IMG/VR virus record: IMGVR_UViG_3300032212_000059
Coordinates: 1 to 39,546 of that record
Source of the DNA: a virus
Lineage: Duplodnaviria; Caudoviricetes
DNA: 39,546 nt
Strand: one strand, 5' to 3'
Shown here: positions 34,749 to 39,546 of the stretch, one piece after another
Numbering within the stretch: the stretch's first letter is position 1
Layout: the number at the start of each line of letters is the position of its first letter
Made by a program: the position numbers and the translations under genes
Notes under the pieces: generated by a model
What the model was told of the DNA's origin: nothing
What the model saw: only the letters and a program-made list of their open reading frames with translations
Databases searched by the model: none

Positions 34749-36337
34749 TTGTCATCGTCATCTTGTTTATCAGGACTATCGTCAATTAATTCTGGAAACT
34801 GGTTTTTTTCAATTAAACCGGCCTCACTTCTAGCCTTATATTCTTTTGCGCTTTGCTGATGATTAACATCCCAGTCACCACCGTTATACTCAGCTGTTTC
34901 CTGATCTAAGGTCGTAACACCCGATGCCAAACGCTCACTCTGCGCTTTGGCCTCTTGCAGTTCATTAATCTGACCTTTGCCGGGACCCGTCCAGATAGTG
35001 CGTAAATATGCTTTGCGTACTCGTTCATCTTCAAGAAAGCCCGGAGCATACAAACGCCCACTTGCGACTGCCTCCCAGATAACTGCCTCGTACACTGGCT
35101 GGCAAAAATATGTGACCAACCAGCCGCGACGTTTTTTAAAAAACTTCCACGCCTCTAAAAATGCAGCCTTACTGGCGCTATAGCTAGATGTAAAATGTTT
35201 TATGAGTAATTCAAACGGGATTTCTAAAGCTGAACCAATTTGACGAAGTATCGACATAACAAAAGGATCAAAACCACCATTAGGTCTGCCGGGGTTAGCC
35301 GTTTCTATTTTTTCATTTTCACCCAATGAAACAATAGAACCATTACCCATTTCGTATTCTTCATTACCATCATCACCGGTACCCGTACTCTCAAGACCAT
35401 CACCATTCTCTGTATGAACAAAGACAGTGAACATACCTGAAACAATCGCAGCCATTAGCTCGGCATCGGTATAACGTCCAAGCTGCCTTAATGACTCAAT
35501 AACGGGTGATAAGTATGGTGCACCCCGACGTTGTCCTGGTCTACGCTGGTCAAACAAGTGCAATACATTACGACGCCCTGTTTTTTTACCAAACGCTTTT
35601 ACTTTATGCCATTCTTGATTGGAGCGACTAACATTCCCCGGGTGAGATTTTAAAATATGGTATTCAGTGGGCGCGCCATGCTGATCTGTTTTGATACCAC
35701 CTGCTAATTCAGTTGTATCACGAGCAAAATCTTCATTTTCAACACGATCCGCTTCAACCGCCTGCAGCTTTAATCCAAAAAGCGAACCCGGTCTTTCTAT
35801 GTAGGGAAGCAAATAAAAGATATCACCATTTTCAAGACTTGAACGGAAAGCCATTTCTTGATGACCATAAAAATTTAATGTTCTTGCAGCATCACATTCC
35901 TGACTATCTGCAAACAATGAAAACTCACGCTTAGCATTGGTTTGAAATGTATCAACCTGTTCTTTATTCAAACCCAGATATCGTGCATCGATACTAGGGT
36001 GAACTTTTAAACCAGTCCCAACAACATTGGTAACTGCTGTATTAATTGCACCAGCCGCAAGTGGTGTATTTCTTACCAGGTCACGCGAATATTCACGTAA
36101 TGCAGCTAAATCTGGCAACAAATCAGAATCCGCATCACCACTGGTTACAGAACGACCCTTCATCACACGGCTTGAACGCTTACCACCATTGTAACCACCG
36201 CCAGACAAGGCCATCATCATGCGTGATTTTAGGCGTTCTTGACCCTTTACAGGGTTAAAATAACTAACCGTCTTATCAATTATGTTTTGTTTTACCGTAA
36301 TATTTTTACGGCCAACTTTTACTGAAATATCAGACAT
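34739..36337 (-). CDS. Portal protein, lambda family
   Basis: SRDLVRN, NVVGTG, RPGQRRGAP, SYSASKA, QPVYE motifs. Confidence 0.95.
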   Translation of the reverse strand: MSDISVKVGRKNITVKQNIIDKTVSYFNPVKGQERLKSRMMMALSGGGYNGGKRSSRVMKGRSVTSGDADSDLLPDLAALREYSRDLVRNTPLAAGAINTAVTNVVGTGLKVHPSIDARYLGLNKEQVDTFQTNAKREFSLFADSQECDAARTLNFYGHQEMAFRSSLENGDIFYLLPYIERPGSLFGLKLQAVEADRVENEDFARDTTELAGGIKTDQHGAPTEYHILKSHPGNVSRSNQEWHKVKAFGKKTGRRNVLHLFDQRRPGQRRGAPYLSPVIESLRQLGRYTDAELMAAIVSGMFTVFVHTENGDGLESTGTGDDGNEEYEMGNGSIVSLGENEKIETANPGRPNGGFDPFVMSILRQIGSALEIPFELLIKHFTSSYSASKAAFLEAWKFFKKRRGWLVTYFCQPVYEAVIWEAVASGRLYAPGFLEDERVRKAYLRTIWTGPGKGQINELQEAKAQSERLASGVTTLDQETAEYNGGDWDVNHQQSAKEYKARSEAGLIEKNQFPELIDDSPDKQDDDDKAA

Positions 36338-36339
36338 AT

Positions 36340-36558
36340 TTAACCTTTAGGAACTGCGCTTTGAACACGTAAACCACCACGACTCAAGCGCTGTACTTTA
36401 CGCTCCCAAAAATCAATCGTATCGCGTATATGACTTAAATCAGCACGACTTAATGATCGATTGTTAATACTATATGACTGGCCAGATGCAACTTTGTCTT
36501 CTGCATCCATCCACGTTTGCAATTTTGCTTCAGCTTGAGCTAATGTTATTCCTACCAT
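36340..36558 (-). CDS. Head completion protein (gpW-like)
   Basis: GQSYSINNRSLSRADL; between terminase and portal. Confidence 0.85.
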   Translation of the reverse strand: MVGITLAQAEAKLQTWMDAEDKVASGQSYSINNRSLSRADLSHIRDTIDFWERKVQRLSRGGLRVQSAVPKG

Positions 36559-38627
36559 CAGAGTGTTACACCTTTACTAATAGTTCCACGCCTGCGGCGC
36601 TTTGGTTTTACTGCAGTTGCTGCAACATCAATATCAATCTGGCTATTGCTTTCCCATTCTGCAGCCCATGCCGGTGGGTTATCCCAGTTGAGTTCTTTTC
36701 GTTTTTCTTCAATCAGTAATATTTTGTTAAGGCCTTTACCATAGCTAAACAAATCAAACGCTTCGTTACGCGCTTTATTTGGGTTATCCCAGCCTTTGTC
36801 ATCACGTACTTCTACAGTCAGTTCTTCATAGAACCAGTTACCTAACCAGTCAGGAAAATGTATAAACCCTCGACCCTGATCAGTTCGTTTTAAATCGGCG
36901 CTTACTGCATCTTTTGTTTGTGTGGTATTTAAAAGCCAAACCGGAATCTCACCTTTGGCATTCGCTTTTCTTGCTGAACTACCCGAATTATCTGGGTATG
37001 ATTTCTTAACTAATGGATTGTTTGCATTAGGTTTTGGCCTGATGCCCTTGGTTAAAAAGAAACGCTTTGTTAAACCCAGTCTTTTAATTTTTTGATAAAA
37101 ACTATAGGCATTCGCTGTAACACCGGGTTGACCAGCCGAGTCACAGATGGTGGCCAGTATCGACATACGACGTGATGAACCGTCATCTAGTTCGTAAGTC
37201 TTTTTAATAACCTGATCAATAATCAGATCCCAGTCTTCAATATAACTAGCCGGATCCAACAAGGTAACATCATCATCTGACGTCCGTTTTGATATCTTGA
37301 TGTCGAAGCGATCAATCACCCAGCATTCATAGTCAACACCGTAGCCATCAACCTGAACAACAAACCGTCCTTTTTGAACATCGATCTTTGCCAGAAGATA
37401 ACGAACACCTTCCGGTACTTTGTGTTTATTGGACTTCTCAGCACGTTTTTCTATATCAGCAGCAACAATGTCGCTTTGCATTCTGCGTGGCAGATATGGC
37501 GCACCCTGATCAACATTAGTGGTTGTTTTAAGTGACTCTTCTGTACCGGTTACTTCATACTCACGTTGAGCATTTAAGTATTTTTCAATTAATGAAAGCC
37601 AACTTTGGTATGCAGCGGCAATGCCAGGTAACCAGAACGATGCTATTTTTGTTTTACGACGATCGCCAACCACTTTGCCGTCGATAATCTCGCAGCCTTC
37701 TGGGACCCAAAGACCAGAGGCGTTCATTTCTTTTTTATGCTTCTCATCAATAATGCAACCATTCGCACTACAGATAGCGCCGTACTCGCCATGTACCTGC
37801 GGGTCGGTTACACCAAATAAATCTTTGTCATATTTAAACGACAACCCTTCAATACCCGGTGGCGGCATGTAGTACTCACCACATTCAGGGCACTTCCAGT
37901 ACCACCGACGACGATCACCCAAGTTATATAACGACAAAGCCCCGCGGGTTGGCGGGGCTTCGTGTGGCGTGTGGGGTGTCCATTGCGCATCGAGTACTTC
38001 AAACCCCGGTGATGTTTCTGCCAGCGTCATACCTCGACTCAAAAAAGTAGTGGTCCGTTTTTGCGATAACGCAAATGGAGAACCCTCTTTATCTATATCC
38101 TGTGGCATCCGGTCATAGTCGGTAAGCAACATATTTTTTATGGCTTTACCAGACAACTGATTTATTGATGGCCAACCAATCGATAAGATATTGCCTGCTC
38201 TAAATACTTTATCAAATGTATTATCGTTTTTACCGCCAGGCGCCAACTCTGCACCCAGTTCTGGACTATTACGAAGCATTCGAGCCATACGCCGCATTGA
38301 GAAATCACGAGCTGTATCACCGGATGTTTGCAATATCATCGTGTCAGATGGATCACACTTGATGACGTAACCAACTTTTGCATCGACCAGTGATTGAGTT
38401 TTGCCCGACTGTGCCGGCCCTACAAATATCTCTGCTTCATAATCACGACTGCTTAAGCAATTCATCGGCTCAACCATGTAAGGTGTAACCGATGGGTCAT
38501 ATGGCCCGACGCCGCCACTAGCAGTGCGAACCTTGACAAACTTATTTGCCGCATCACTAACTTTCATGCGTACTGGTGGACGCATCAATTTTGATACATC
38601 ATTTTTAATAGCAGCAGCTGAACTCAT
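36558..38627 (-). CDS. terL: Terminase large subunit, lambda gpA family
   Basis: TPYM.EPM, AQSGKT Walker A, LTDYD Walker B, CPECG, IDVQ, RNEAFDL. Confidence 0.96.
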   Translation of the reverse strand: MSSAAAIKNDVSKLMRPPVRMKVSDAANKFVKVRTASGGVGPYDPSVTPYMVEPMNCLSSRDYEAEIFVGPAQSGKTQSLVDAKVGYVIKCDPSDTMILQTSGDTARDFSMRRMARMLRNSPELGAELAPGGKNDNTFDKVFRAGNILSIGWPSINQLSGKAIKNMLLTDYDRMPQDIDKEGSPFALSQKRTTTFLSRGMTLAETSPGFEVLDAQWTPHTPHEAPPTRGALSLYNLGDRRRWYWKCPECGEYYMPPPGIEGLSFKYDKDLFGVTDPQVHGEYGAICSANGCIIDEKHKKEMNASGLWVPEGCEIIDGKVVGDRRKTKIASFWLPGIAAAYQSWLSLIEKYLNAQREYEVTGTEESLKTTTNVDQGAPYLPRRMQSDIVAADIEKRAEKSNKHKVPEGVRYLLAKIDVQKGRFVVQVDGYGVDYECWVIDRFDIKISKRTSDDDVTLLDPASYIEDWDLIIDQVIKKTYELDDGSSRRMSILATICDSAGQPGVTANAYSFYQKIKRLGLTKRFFLTKGIRPKPNANNPLVKKSYPDNSGSSARKANAKGEIPVWLLNTTQTKDAVSADLKRTDQGRGFIHFPDWLGNWFYEELTVEVRDDKGWDNPNKARNEAFDLFSYGKGLNKILLIEEKRKELNWDNPPAWAAEWESNSQIDIDVAATAVKPKRRRRGTISKGVTL

Positions 38628-39103
38628 TTTTCTAAGTCTTCTGCCATCTGTATACGCAAAGCATCGATCGCTTTTTCAACTTGTAGCACTGAATCAGGAG
38701 GCAATCGACAATCACGTTCAAGAATATCTGGGATAGTATCCAACGTCTTGGTAACCGTCTGGATAATATTTGCCATCTCAAGACGTGCCTGCTCAGTACT
38801 GACCGATACACCTGTTTCTCTTTCAAATTTAAGCCGAGATTCTTCTGACTTAAACCAATCCAGTCTTTCTTTAGGTGACATCAACGCAGGATCAGATACA
38901 ACCTCCTGCTCATCAAACTGCAAAATAGCCATTGCAGCTGGTTTTATTTTATAAACCGGATGTCCTTTATCCTTGCCCACTGGCTGAACCGATGCAGCTG
39001 CTAATCTCTTAGTGACAGTCTCACGTGCAATACCAAACTCACGCGCGAGCGACGACAATGAAAACGTAAGGCCATTAGCCTGATCGCTCACAGTTGCTGC
39101 CAT
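38624..39103 (-). CDS. terS: Terminase small subunit (DUF1441-like)
   Basis: N-terminal HTH (SLSSLAREFGIARETVTKRL), MSPKERLDWFKSE, LDTIPDILERD. Confidence 0.9.
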   Translation of the reverse strand: MAATVSDQANGLTFSLSSLAREFGIARETVTKRLAAASVQPVGKDKGHPVYKIKPAAMAILQFDEQEVVSDPALMSPKERLDWFKSEESRLKFERETGVSVSTEQARLEMANIIQTVTKTLDTIPDILERDCRLPPDSVLQVEKAIDALRIQMAEDLEK

Positions 39104-39269
39104 AAAAAACCACTCGATTCATATAATTAAATCGTCCAATTAAATCCAATAAAAATTAAATAAAAACACATCAGAATGAAGACAACACCAGATAAGAACC
39201 TATCCATACATCACCAACTCTTCCTAAAAGGAACCCTGATGCCGAGACCATAAGCCTCCCAAAAACTGT

Positions 39270-39322
39270 CGAAAACCGGGGTTCGAATTACCCGTGTTCG
39301 TCTCAGACGCTCAGAAGGACCC
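39270..39322 (-). other. cos: Lambda-type cos site (cosQ plus predicted cosN)
   Basis: GGGTCCT (39316-39322), 23 nt ending ACG, 12-mer GGTAATTCGAAC (39281-39292), then CCCGGTTTTCG; upstream of terS. Confidence 0.8.
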
Positions 39323-39339
39323 AAAATTTATTTTGCATA

Positions 39340-39546
39340 TCATCTTGCCGTTGCCAGGGCGCGTTTCATTTCGTGATTGAATCTTGCTGTGAACATTCTC
39401 TTTGCTGTACGTTCAGCTACTGCATGGAACTTGAAGCGTCGATTATATGTAGGGCGCTTCACAAACAAGAACAGCAGTGCCGGCAAACCTTTTCGAAGTT
39501 TGTTCACATCCCATATGCCATGCGTACCACTAACAATGCCAGAGAA
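39340..39546 (-). CDS. 3' part of the 236-aa protein that starts at 631
   Basis: ...LFLFVKRPTYNRRFKFHAVAERTAKRMFTARFNHEMKRALATAR-stop. Confidence 0.85.
   Translation of the reverse strand, partial: FSGIVSGTHGIWDVNKLRKGLPALLFLFVKRPTYNRRFKFHAVAERTAKRMFTARFNHEMKRALATAR
39420..39546. repeat. Terminal direct repeat identical to 1-127
   Basis: Exact match. Confidence 0.97.

Noticed and set aside
19899-38954. Numerous short plus-strand and alternate-frame ORFs within structural genes
   Set aside because: They lie inside well-supported genes, lack SD sites and have shadow-like composition; only 26791..27177 is accepted on the plus strand
39420-39546. Biological terminal repeat
   Set aside because: It is exactly 127 nt (a common assembler k-mer), falls mid-gene, and a separate cos site exists, so it is best read as a circularisation overlap

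Overview
This window is an apparently complete, circular temperate siphovirus genome of 39,419 bp. Bases 1-127 repeat exactly at 39420-39546, which I read as an assembly overlap. The host is probably a gammaproteobacterium. The layout is lambdoid. The minus strand carries a lambda-type cos site, terminase, portal, S49 protease/scaffold, a Mu-gpT-like major capsid protein, neck and tail genes (with a G/GT -1 frameshift), and cro-cII-replication-Q-lysis. The plus strand carries cI, an accessory 'rex-like' block, and a pL operon ending in a C5 methyltransferase, xis and a tyrosine integrase. attP is the 3' half of tRNA-Pro(GGG). Most unusual features: (1) a structural cassette between lysis and cos whose 532-aa protein joins a beta-helix-like head to eight 22-aa repeats carrying seven HxH motifs, a candidate metal-binding fibre with reversed polarity; (2) two paralogous distal-tail (Dit) proteins flanking a fibre, one with a triple LEDG insertion; (3) a CI with no autopeptidase domain, alongside two antirepressor-family genes (one downstream of a C4-like antisense RNA) and a two-gene cassette with a degenerate ImmA/IrrE-like peptidase; (4) several strand-specific RNA structures. 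All protein family calls come from motif recognition and gene order, not database searches.
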